DNA of 64,000 nt, from assembly GCA_001244265.2 (NCBI GenBank), contig CDLV01000015.1:186001-250000 (forward strand), written 5' to 3'. A program made the translations under genes and the position numbers. Positions 53,926 to 64,000 of this stretch are shown here, piece after piece. Each line of letters opens with the position of its first letter. Positions within the stretch are counted from its first letter, which is position 1. The notes beneath the pieces are model-generated. The model searched no databases and was not told the DNA's origin. It was given only the letters and a program-made list of their open reading frames with translations. Origin of the DNA: Microbotryum violaceum. Lineage: Eukaryota.

Positions 53926-54222
53926 GACCTCCGAGGTTTGGGTCGATACGGACGACGGTGCGTGAACGCTGAGAGAGACAAGAGAGAGCTGGACCGGAGC
54001 CCCCAAACTGATATTACCGGGGCAATTGCTTTCCAGCTTTGTAATGAACAATTAACCCAAGCGCGTGGCAGCTGCGCGCCTAAGTTGTAAATGCACGATT
54101 TACTCGCCGCATTAACCCATTTTTCCTGTTTCGAGCGTGCACACCCGCGCGCGCGAACTCGCTCTCCTCGTCGTGCCATCACACCAACCTTTCGTTTGCG
54201 GTCCCGTTCAGTCGCAAAAGAT

Positions 54223-56554
54223 ATGGCCGAAGCCGACCGTTTCCTCGAAAGCGTCAGTAGGGCCTATGGTGCACCACCCACTCTCGAGAGTCGACTAGGT
54301 CAGTTTTTTCTTTGCATCAACTATGGTGCCTTTGACTCTTCTTCCCCTTTCCCCCTTTGAACCCTTCGCCGCTCTCCATCACATCCTACCTACCACACAC
54401 CGCCCATGTCTATTCATCTGCCCCTCGAGCTGAAACATTACTCTCATTGCGCACAGACCCACCCTCTGACCGTCGTCACTCGTCCTCTCGTCGGTCCCGT
54501 TCGCCTCACGACGACTCGTCCTCCCGCCGTTCCTCGCACCGCAGGGACGACGAACCCCACTCGTCGTCCTCGTCCCGTCGTCGCGAAAGAGACCTCTACG
54601 AACCTCCTTCCGCCGAATACGATCGTCATCGTTCGGATCGGGATCGTGATCGGGATCGTGATCGGGATCGTGATCGGGACCATCGTTCGGACCGAGATCG
54701 TGATCATCATCATCGTGACGGGACGGACGGTCGTAGGGATTCGGAGCGTGATCGGGACTATCATCGTGATTCTCGCCCTCGTTACGACGATTACGAAAAT
54801 CATCGTCGAGGAGATCGAGATGATCGACGCAGAGGACCCCCTCCTCCTTCGAGAAGGTACGACGACGATCGACGAGGTGCTTATGGTGGGGGAGGAGGAC
54901 GCCGCGATGACGACCGCGGCAACGGCGGGGGAGGACGCCCTACGAATCGAGGCGGTCGAGTCTTTGAAGGGTTCGCCAGTCCTGGAAGAAGGTCGCCGAC
55001 GCCCGAGCACGTTCAGCCCATCTCGAAACGCGTGCGCGGCAAGTCTGGCTGGGACATCAAGCCCCAAGGCTTTGAGAATTATACCGCCGAGCAGGCCAAG
55101 ATGACCGGTCAGTCCTTGTGCGCTCTGCACCTCGCTTGAGCCTTTTGGAAAACTTACTTTCGAACCTGCTCTGCCCCCCCGCCCCCCCTTCCCACAGGTC
55201 TCTTCAACCTGCCCGGTCAAAATCGTCCCCCCATGCCCTTCAACCCCAATGGTCCTCCCGGGCCGATGGCTGGTCCTATGGGAGGCAACATGCCCCCGCT
55301 CCACTTCCGTCCAGGAGGAGGGATGCCCCAAATACCCGGCCCCATCGGTTCGTTCGCGCGTCAATCGCGTCGGTTGTACGTCGGCAACGTCACTCTCGAA
55401 GCCACCGACGAAGCGATCGCGCACTTTCTCAATACGAAAATGGCAGAAAACAACCTCCTCTCCGATGGTCACTTGGGCGAGGATCTAGCCGGCATGAACA
55501 TCAAAGGGGACCAACCCGTCATTTCTGTCCATCTCAACTATGAAAAGAATTACGCCTTTGTCGAGATGCGTAACGCCGAAGAAGCGACCGCAGCGCTTCA
55601 ATTCGATGGTATCATCTTCCAAAATTGCGCGCTCAAGATTCGCCGTCCTAAGGACTACCAAGGCGCATTGGACGCCACGGCCGAACCACCTCCCCATGTC
55701 CCCGGTGTCGTATCGACGATGGTGCCTGATACGCCGAACAAGATCTTCATCGGCGGTTTGCCGAGTTACCTCAATGATGATCAGGTGATGGAATTGCTCA
55801 AGTCGTTTGGCGAGTTGAGGGCCTTCAATCTCGTCAAAGAAGCGGGCACGGGACAGTCCAAGGTCAGTACCTTAACCGCACTTTTTGTCTTTGTCGGGGC
55901 AAAAAAAGAAAGATGAAGTGTTCAACTCGATCCCTTTTTTTTTTTTTTTTTTTTTCGCAGGGTTTCGCCTTTTGCGAATACCTCGATCCCAGCATAACCG
56001 AAGTTGCATGCCAAGGTCTGAACGGGATGGAATTAGGTGATCGTTTCCTGGTCGTCCAACGTGCCGCAATAGGTCAACGTCACGGACCGCCTGGATTCAT
56101 TCCCGGAGGACCGCACGGTGGTCCCGGAACGGGATCGAACCAATTCGCTCCCGGTCTCGGTATCGGTCCCGGTCCGAACGCCACCCCTTCGATCCTCTTA
56201 GCCGCTCAAAGTTCGGAAGTGAACCCTACCAAAGCTTTACAAATTCTCAACATGGTCGCTCCCGACGAATTAACGAACGATCAAGATTATACCGAAATTA
56301 TCGAAGACGTTAGAGACGAATGCGCTAAATTCGGTACGGTACATCAAGTACGAATTCCTAGACCTATTATCACTTCCACAGGTCGAGTTGACGTTAAAGC
56401 TTCGGAAGCGGTAAAGGATTTGGGTAAAGTTTTCGTTTTGTTCGACGCGAAGGAACAGACGACTGAAGCTATGAAGGCGATTGCGGGTAGACAGTTTGGT
56501 GGGAGGGTGTGCATTTGCGCTTATGCGGATGAGGAAATCTTTTTGGAGGATTAA
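54223..56554 (+). CDS. U2AF2: U2 auxiliary factor large subunit (U2AF65/Prp2), spliced
   Basis: RS/RD domain, WDIKPQGFE..TAEQAK (ULM), RQSRRLYVGN, NKIFIGGLP, UHM 'LNMV..DEL..DY.EI.EDVRDECAKFG..GRQFGGR'. Confidence 0.97.
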
Positions 56555-56962
56555 GGCAAGAGCCTAGTCGAAAAAAAAAAACATCAAATTTAGACACCTC
56601 GGATGGGGTGGGGTGTCATGTAAAAACGTCAAAATGTTGAACAAGACTTTTTTTCTATTTTGCGAACCGATTTTGAGTTCTTGCAAAACGAGATGGGGAA
56701 CGAGAGAAAAGGGCTTGCACAAGAGTGACAACGGACAACACAGACGAGCAGGAAGAAAAAGGTTTGGAGGTGTCACTGATGTCTCTGTAGAACAAAAGAA
56801 ACAAAACCCTGAACCAGAAGGAAGGACAAAATCCTTGCGATGACCCTTGTAGATTGAACGGGCGAAGGAGGACACAAGTACAGAGAGGTAAGACGGCGTA
56901 AAAGGAGAGGGAGGAGGAGGACCAGGAAAGACCAATGACCGGCTATGCCATGGAAAGGGTGA

Positions 56963-58638
56963 TCAGATTATTACACAGGTTTTTGGTTGCCTGGAACGCC
57001 GCTCCTTATACTTGGTCCCGACGCCGGCTTTGATCATCTGCCTCACGACATCTTCGAACACCTGTGACAGCGCCAATCGTTATACATGAGTAGCGATTGA
57101 CTAGTTCCACGCATGTGGCGGAACTCACTTCTTGTATGTTGATCTCCTTCCTCGCGCTCGTTTCGTAATAGGGAACCCCACCCCAAGCTCTTGATAAACC
57201 AACCGCGACATCTCGAGGGACTTGTCGTTCGGCGCCAACTTGTGGGGCCATAGAGCGTCAATAATAGTCCGATGGGTCTTCAACATGGACACGATTGTGA
57301 TATCCTGCACTTACGATCGCACTTATTGCCGCACAGTACCAAGGGGACTCGTATCCGAGATTCAGCCTCTTTGATCCGGTGGATCTGCTCCCGCGCACAT
57401 ATCAACCGCATCAGCAACCGATTCTCCAATTTGCCCGAGCACTTCTAAAGCTCACCTGCTCCCTAATGTTCTGCAATTCCGAAACGGACTCCATCGAGCT
57501 GAGACTAAAGACGAGCACGAATCCATCCCCCGTCTTCATGTACATCGAGTGCAGCGCCATGAACTACGTGAAAGAACGCGCTCGAAAAAACTCGATCAGC
57601 TTCTGATTCAGCCTTTCGGCTTGGCGAGAACCAAAATGCCTCGTACGCACCTGTTCTGTCCCCGCCGTATCCATAATATCGCAATGGCAGGTAATTCCAT
57701 CGACTACCATAGTCTTGCGATACGAATCCTCTATCGTCGGATCGTATTTCTCCACTGCAGGTCAGGGGACGGACCGAGAGTCAGCTCTGGTGACACTTGC
57801 GACTGCAGGTTCTCTTCTGGGGTCGGCGGGGGTTCTCGCATTCAATGCCACCACAACCTACCGAACAAGGAGTGAACAAAGCGCACGGTGATGGCTGATT
57901 TACCGACACCCCCTCCACCCCTATTGAAGAAAGAACGAGAACGAGTTCAGTAAGCTTGACCCGCCCGAAATTCGAGCTCGTTCCAGCTGCTTCCCAATCA
58001 CGTACATGATGACGATCTTATATTCCTTCCTGCACAAGTGAAAGGTCGCAAAACATCAGGCGTTTTAGGATCAGTTCTGGACATGTCCTTCTTGTCGGCA
58101 AATCATGCTCCGCTGAGTGCCCAGAGGTTGTTATCATGTCTCGAATCTGAATCGACACGGAGATCGCCGAAACCTGTTCGGCGCTCAGATGTCCCAAGCT
58201 CGTCGGTCCAATCCGAGGAAGGACCTCGTCTCGTTCCCCAAGCGACGCATCAACCGGGAAGAGATAAAGATGACGCCAATTCGGTTCGGAGAGAATGGTT
58301 TGAACAGCTTCTTTGGAGAGAGGGTCCTCCGGACCTCCGCGCGTGTCATGCTCATCACGGACAAAGCGCTACTCGATCCTTCCCCGTGCTACCTTGCCGC
58401 CATCCCGGGGGTAATTCGCAAATAAAGAGGTGGGCTGTTCGACTTTGTTCTAGGTGTAGCTTGTAGCAGGAGGAGCTGGCCGCCGTCGAAGACGAGGAGG
58501 CCGACGAAAGCTGACAGGCTTGACGACGACGTGCGACGTGACGAGACGAGACGTGACGATGACGATGCGAAGGGGACCTGCTCAAGCTCCCGTGCAGGCT
58601 GCAGCACACACGGGGGGCTATACGGCGACTCACGTCAT
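56963..58638 (-). CDS. RSR1: Ras-family GTPase, Rap/Rsr1(Bud1)-like, spliced
   Basis: [38 protein letters not shown] (Thr61, Rap type), GNKCD, ETSAR, C-terminal CAAX CVII. Confidence 0.85.
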
Positions 58639-58880
58639 CTTTCAGGCTCGTTGTGGTGTGCCAAGCTTCGTTTCCACCTTGATCTTGTGGTTTGAACCGT
58701 GCCGCACTCGACCCGTAGTCTGGTGATCCCGAGGTTGAAACGCGACGGTCGACGTTGCGGTGACCAGTTTGAAGGACGAGTGAAGGAAGACCAAAGCGCG
58801 ATCCTCCTAACAAGCGACGATGTGTTCAAAGGCCCAAAGTTTTGCTCCTCTGAGAAGTGACCGCCTGGGGCTTGAGTGTA

Positions 58881-58943
58881 GTAGTAGTAGTATTGGAGGG
58901 AGTAGTAGTAGTATTGGAGGGAGTAGTGGTAGTATTGGAGGGA
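58881..58943. repeat. 21-bp tandem repeat x3 in the RSR1/ZNF830 divergent intergenic region
   Basis: gtagt(a/g)gtagtattggaggga x3. Confidence 0.95.
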
Positions 58944-59342
58944 GATAACGTCTTTTGTGAGAACAAACAGGCGTGTGTGAAATGAAACTGAGCGGAAAAG
59001 GCCCGAGGGTTCCATCAGGAGCTAGTTAGTACTGCCTCGGATAATCGCTCAGCTTCAGTGATTTCGATTCGGTTCGATGCGCCGTCTCCGGGTAAGATAC
59101 GTGAACATTAACCGGATAATTTGTTCCCGGCCAAAAGACAGAAGAGCTTTTGCTGATACTTGAGCGAGTTATGGGCCCTGTTCAGTAAAATTCAAAGGTA
59201 CGATGCATCCTTTTATTGTTCAACGCCGAAAATTCGTGCGCTTCCCTCTTCCCTCTTCCCTCTCCCCACTTCCCTTCCACCTCACCACTCCCGGGCCGCT
59301 AACCTCCCTCCCTCCCACCTCATCGACCCCACTTGCTGCACC

Positions 59343-60471
59343 ATGTCCTCCGCCTCGCTCAAATCCCTCATGGCAGCCAAAAAAGCCTCTTCGGTCCAAC
59401 GTATCACGCACCCTTTCGCCTCGTACGATCGACAATCGCGTTTAGCGTGCACGTTATGCCCTGCGACCGTATTGAAGCATGATAACTTATGGGGAGCGCA
59501 TTTGATTTCAAAGGTCAGTTTTTCCGTTTAGGTCTGTGCGAATAGTTGAGCTGATTGTTGGGTGGGTTGTTTTACTTGGGGGGATAGGGTCATCGAGTGA
59601 ATGCTCAGCGCTACGAGAGGGAACAACAGGCCCTGAGGGAAAGGGAAGAGGCAGCAGCAGTTGCAGCAGCAGCAGTCAAGGGGAAACGAAAACGATCTCA
59701 ATCTGCTGAACCAGTGCATGACGAGTCGAACAACAACGAAAAGGGGAAACGAGCTCGCGAAGGGAAAGGGACCCAGCAATCCGAGGACGACAACGAGGAT
59801 GGGCCGGCTGACGAGAATCGAACGAGTGCACTTCCTGATGATTTCTTCACCGATCCCTCACAAGTACCAACACGATCAACATTAGCGCAAGACGACGCAA
59901 TCGACCCTACACCAACGACAGCGGAGGAAGACGATCCCGAATGGGCCGCTTTCGAAGCCAGTCTACAACAAGATGTCCCCAAACCCACAACAACAATAAC
60001 AACGACATCGACAACGGCGAAAGCAACCATTTTTGCTGCACCTGTAGCGTACGAGTTTGGGGCACCCAAAGTCGCTGAGGAAGGTGAGGAGGAAGGCGAG
60101 CCTGAAGAGGAGGAGGAAGAGACGGACGAAGAGAGGCTGGAAAGGTTAGAAAGGGAGCAGGTGAGTTCATACAAGAAACAAAAAATGGGGCCTGCGAGCA
60201 ACTGCGAAGCTCATAGACATTTGCGATCGAAATTAGCGCGAGGAAATAATGGAACGAATCGAAGCCGAGGAGAGGGAACAGCTCGAGGCCGATTCCAAAG
60301 TGACAGTGAGTGGAAAGAGGAGCGGCGACCACCGTTTGCTTGGCAGGAAAAAGTTACTCACCAAACAGATCAACACCCGATACAATACAGGCGTTGAAAC
60401 TAAAGTTGGAAGCGATCAAAGAAGCACGAAGAAAGAAGAAGAAGGCAGCAGCAAACTCGGGCGAGGTTTGA
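59343..60471 (+). CDS. ZNF830/CCDC16-like zinc-finger coiled-coil protein, spliced
   Basis: RITHPFASY...L.CTLC......W.AHL.SK|.H..N, LPDDFF, DPEWAAFE, acidic coiled coil; TGA 60469-60471. Confidence 0.8.
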
Positions 60472-60730
60472 TATACATCTGTGATAGTTTGGCAATAGTA
60501 AGACCAACACTGATAGAATAGTACGCTGATTAGCGTGGGGTGTTCTTGCGAATTGGGGCGGCAGCTGGGCGTATGGCGCTAGTAGCGGGAGAGCCGGGTG
60601 GATTCTCTGGGAGCACCCACTGGCACCACTTCCAAGAACCAGAGCGCTCTCTCTTCCTTCCGCTCCCAACACAAGCATCCCCATCGACAACGAGCAGCAC
60701 GAAGAAAGTACCCTGGTTCGTTCAACGAAA

Positions 60731-62034
60731 ATGTATCCACTAGAGCAGCGACCGGTCGGGCAACGCCTGCCACTCGAAGTGCTCGAGCGAATCGCATTCC
60801 ACCTCGGAAGCCCGTTCGATCAAGCGTTTCAGAGGCCTTCCCCGTCAGTGATCTATAGCTACCTGAGGATGGGCTCCCTGGTCTGTCGCGATTGGAGGCC
60901 TGCGTTTCAGCGACGACTGGTCTCGGAAGTGGTTCTGGCGGGGTGGAGGCCCGCCCGTCCGAGTCCCTGGCCGATGGCAAGCTCCTCGCGTCCGGCCTGG
61001 GTAAGCGTTATCCCGTCGACCGCATGCATTTGGGCATGAATCCCCTGGACGACGACTTCTACACGGACGCGACCGAAATATTTGCCGGCCTGTCGATCCG
61101 TTCTCTCTTCGTCAATACGTTCTTCTTCAGGTTCAACGAGACGACGATCGAGCATCTCCAAGCTGAGCTTGCATCTGCACATACCCCATACTCATAATCT
61201 AAAGTCGTTTGTATTCCACCCGAAAGACCTGGTCGAATTGCAGATCAGCGATCCCGTTGATTGGGTCAGTGATCGCGACAAGGACTCAAAGCTGCCGAAG
61301 CCTGTCCTACCGCTCCTGGAGAAGCTGGAGATATCGTCGTCGGATTTGCCGGGGGTGATGGACCTACCTCTGAACGTCGAGATGCCTCGCCTGCACAACT
61401 TACAGCTCTACGTCAATCGACGAGCTTCGCAAAATCCCACAATTCTTGCAAAATGGGTCGAGGTCCTCTTCGGGGGCGCCCGCAGCGCTCGTCTGCGCAA
61501 GCTCAAGTGTGTCGTCTTGATCGATGAACGCGATGCTCTTCAGTTTCTGGACGCCCTGCTTCAACATCTGCCGCGTTGTACGAGACCGTCAAGTTGAACA
61601 CCAGCCACCTTGAACGACTCGAAGACTGCATTCGCGCCGTCGGATCGAATGGCGCCCCCTGCCACTCGCTGAAGATCGAGCGCGGAGAGTCGGATTGCGA
61701 GCCTGAGGATCTTTCCCGACTTTGGGCCATATTGACCTCATCCCTCAAAATGGATCCATGGGATTATCTTGAGATACTTCACATCGATTTGACGTACAAG
61801 TGCCTCGAGTTGGCGAGTGAGATTCCCCATCTTTCTACCTTGCTCGAAGCGGCGAAGCAGTCTAGAGCGGTCGAGCTTCCCAAGGGTCAATACTTGCCGG
61901 ACACGACGCCCGAGGAAATGGCTTTGGAACAACCTCTTCGACAATGGACTCGCGATCGCATGGCTGAGGCAGGTCTGAAAGATGCTTGTAAGGATAAGGA
62001 AAGCGGACTCGGAGTCGTGTACAGATACATGTGA
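60731..62034 (+). pseudogene. F-box protein gene, apparently disrupted
   Basis: F-box LPLEVLERIA..SLVCRDWR; frame changes with no intron at about 60950 and 61573; expected donor reads CTGAGC at 61163. Confidence 0.6.
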
Positions 62035-63009
62035 TCGAAGTGGGTGGGTCCGAGTCGCTGACCGCGCCGAGGTTACGCTGAACGTTCGAGATTGACTCGG
62101 CGCATCGAGTGTATACCGTTTGTCACGCTTTCAGAGGCTTCAGTACCTTCTTTTGCAGTGATTTGAATATTATCCATATAGTAAAAACGAGTGTCCCCCA
62201 AAGCTTGAGGCTGTCGGTGCGAAGAACATGTGTCACAGCCGAACAGAGCGAAGCTTGCCGTTCGATGACCCGAGTCAAACTCTGCGGTCCTCGAGCGGCA
62301 GAGGCAATGCAACACGACCCAGATTACGGCATCAGTTGTGCCAACATTGTTCAAGAAAGTTTGGAAATGGTCTGAATTATAATGGTCTGCTGTGTATACT
62401 CAGGACGCTTGCGAGCCAGACAGCGCTCCGAGAGCACCTCGTCGGCAGGAACGCGCAGCAAAGTGCCGGCCGCGCTTTCCCTTTTTTTTCGCCTCCCTCA
62501 CGCCCACATATCCTCCTCGCCGTGAGGCCATGGGAATGATAATCAATTGAGATGATTACGGTAGCAGGGTCACCTCAATCGAGCGTCACTCGTCCAATCA
62601 TTGAGTTTGCGTCGTCCTCGTCGATTTCCTTCCCCGTCAAGCCGGTGATTGAACGGTTGCCTTAATGCAGTTAAGCACACTGGCTAGGCCAGTAGTGTAG
62701 GACTCACTGACCCTGAATCAGAATCACTCATACCACTAAAAACCCCTTTAGGTGAATCACAGGGTTTGGGCTCCTCTGACCCGAGTCGCGCTACCAAGCC
62801 AAGATGAAGTTACGTTGCAAACTATCTTCAACTCGAAACTCCGCCCAGCTGAAGATCCAGCAATCAGGCTTCCATTGCTTCACACTATGTACCCCACTTC
62901 AGAACCTCTCGAAGTCTGACCACGTCCAGCTCCATGTCTGAAACATCCGATCGCCCTCTCCTTTCCCCTCGCCTCTCGCCCCGAGACGGCACGATCGTTG
63001 CTGGAAAGC

Positions 63010-63662
63010 TCAACCACTGCATTCATTATTTTTACATTTCTTCCAGCAGGCGTCGTATCCTTCTTGATGATGATGTCTGATGTGAGACACCCAAAAAAAA
63101 GGTTGGCAATAGAAACGGAGAAGAAAGGCAGTGAAATACAGCGTCAGCACAGACATTAAACCACAATGGATCAGGATCATACACAGTCGAAAGTGGACTT
63201 GAGCGCACTGCAGCTGCAGCTGCCTAAATCCGACTCCTGCAAAGCCAGGGTCTCGCTTACTCGGTAGCCGGACTAGGGTACAGATACTTGCAATCTCGAA
63301 CGCAACGACTTAAGAGAGCAGACAGGTGAGATGAAATAAGCCATCTCAGGACAGCTGAAGACATGAACGCGGGCAATGCAGCCGCGAGAGGAGGAGTTAC
63401 TGGTTACTACGTACCGGCAGGGGGTGTTTGTAATGAAGTCTCGTCGAACGACTTCGAACCCTTCAATTTTGCCCTCAGCATTGTTGTCGGAACTGATCAT
63501 GAGCAAGGGTTAAAGGTAGGAAGAGGTCAGCAGTAGTCCATGTCGAGCGAGAAGCTATGACGGGACTCACCGCTCCATTTGGACATCGCCACGACTCGAA
63601 GCCGCCTGTGCTGAAACGCCGCCGACGACGGTCGCCGCGAGGAAGAAATGCTTGAGTTGCAT
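63010..63662 (-). CDS. Small secreted cysteine-rich prepropeptide, 94 aa; exons 63662-63571, 63492-63415, 63308-63261, 63076-63010
   Basis: Canonical donors gtgagt/gtacgt/gtaagc with branch sites and AG acceptors; product MQLKHFFLAATVVGGVSAQAASSRGDVQMERSDNNAEGKIEGFEVVRRDFITNTPCRRCVRDCKYLYPSPATEHHHQEGYDACWKKCKNNECSG. Confidence 0.82.
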
Positions 63663-63752
63663 CGTGGAGGAGGCCTCGAGGGATCGGTTCTCGAATCACG
63701 ACGAATGAAGTGAGATGAAGGGACCCAAGAGACAGCACACCATCTCAAAAGA

Positions 63753-63759
63753 TTTTATA
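63753..63759 (-). promoter_or_regulatory. TATA box of the secreted peptide gene
   Basis: TATAAAA on the minus strand about 90 nt upstream of ATG 63662, followed by a pyrimidine-rich leader. Confidence 0.6.
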
Positions 63760-64000
63760 GCCCCTTCGTTCACTCATGTTCTCCCCGACGCCCGATCTCG
63801 CCCGAGTCAATCTACGCGAAAGTCGCTCCAGTGCCCAAAAAAGAACCTAGCCCCTATTCGCCCTGGGGCGCCTACGCTGCGCGTGGATTAATGGCTCACT
63901 CTGGTTTTCTTAATTCGTTCTCAAGGGATTGAAATACGCCCAGCCTCGGAAGCCGCAGTGGCCGCAGTCGACGACTTCACGCTCTCTCCCCTTGACGCCA

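Noticed and set aside
58185-58358. C/D snoRNA in the RSR1 first intron (GTGATGA...CTGA, minus strand)
   Set aside because: No convincing terminal stem or recognisable rRNA complement
58635-59015. 126-aa ORF with SLQYYYY repeats whose stop overlaps the RSR1 ATG
   Set aside because: The peptide repeat is a by-product of the 21-bp minisatellite, and the ATG is probably upstream of the transcription start; it also shows that ATGA overlaps can arise by chance
63273-63506. 77-aa ORF from the track treated as a gene
   Set aside because: It is exon 2 of the secreted peptide gene read through intron 2

Overview
This is gene-dense, intron-rich fungal DNA. GT-AG introns of about 50-120 nt with CTGAC/CTAAC branch sites and the gene content suggest a basidiomycete, probably a Microbotryomycetes-like yeast (inference). 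I support about 25 protein-coding loci: TRM61 (3' part), a UDP-galactose transporter next to a UDP-glucose 4-epimerase, a PhyH-family dioxygenase, eIF4B, mitochondrial uL30, POT1, a COG2907-type FAD oxidoreductase, a MAPEG protein, RAD50, VPS71, MED18, an ING/PHD protein, SPE2, an RRM+YTH protein, an SMP/C2 protein, NUP96, U2AF large subunit, a Rap/Rsr1 GTPase, a ZNF830-like protein, a disrupted F-box gene and several orphans. The items most worth a second look are mostly invisible in the ORF track. (1) A 4-exon gene at 63010-63662 (-) encodes a 94-aa secreted prepropeptide with a Kex2-like RR site and a 46-aa six-cysteine mature peptide. (2) NUP96 is free-standing and starts at the residue normally created by Nup98 autoproteolysis. 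(3) A spliced, apparently non-coding transcript at about 32.1-33.0 kb has two long introns carrying snoRNA-like elements. (4) A uORF overlaps the SPE2 start codon. (5) Two genes have 5-nt coding exons. All exon models were read by hand, family calls are from motif recognition, and no database search was run.
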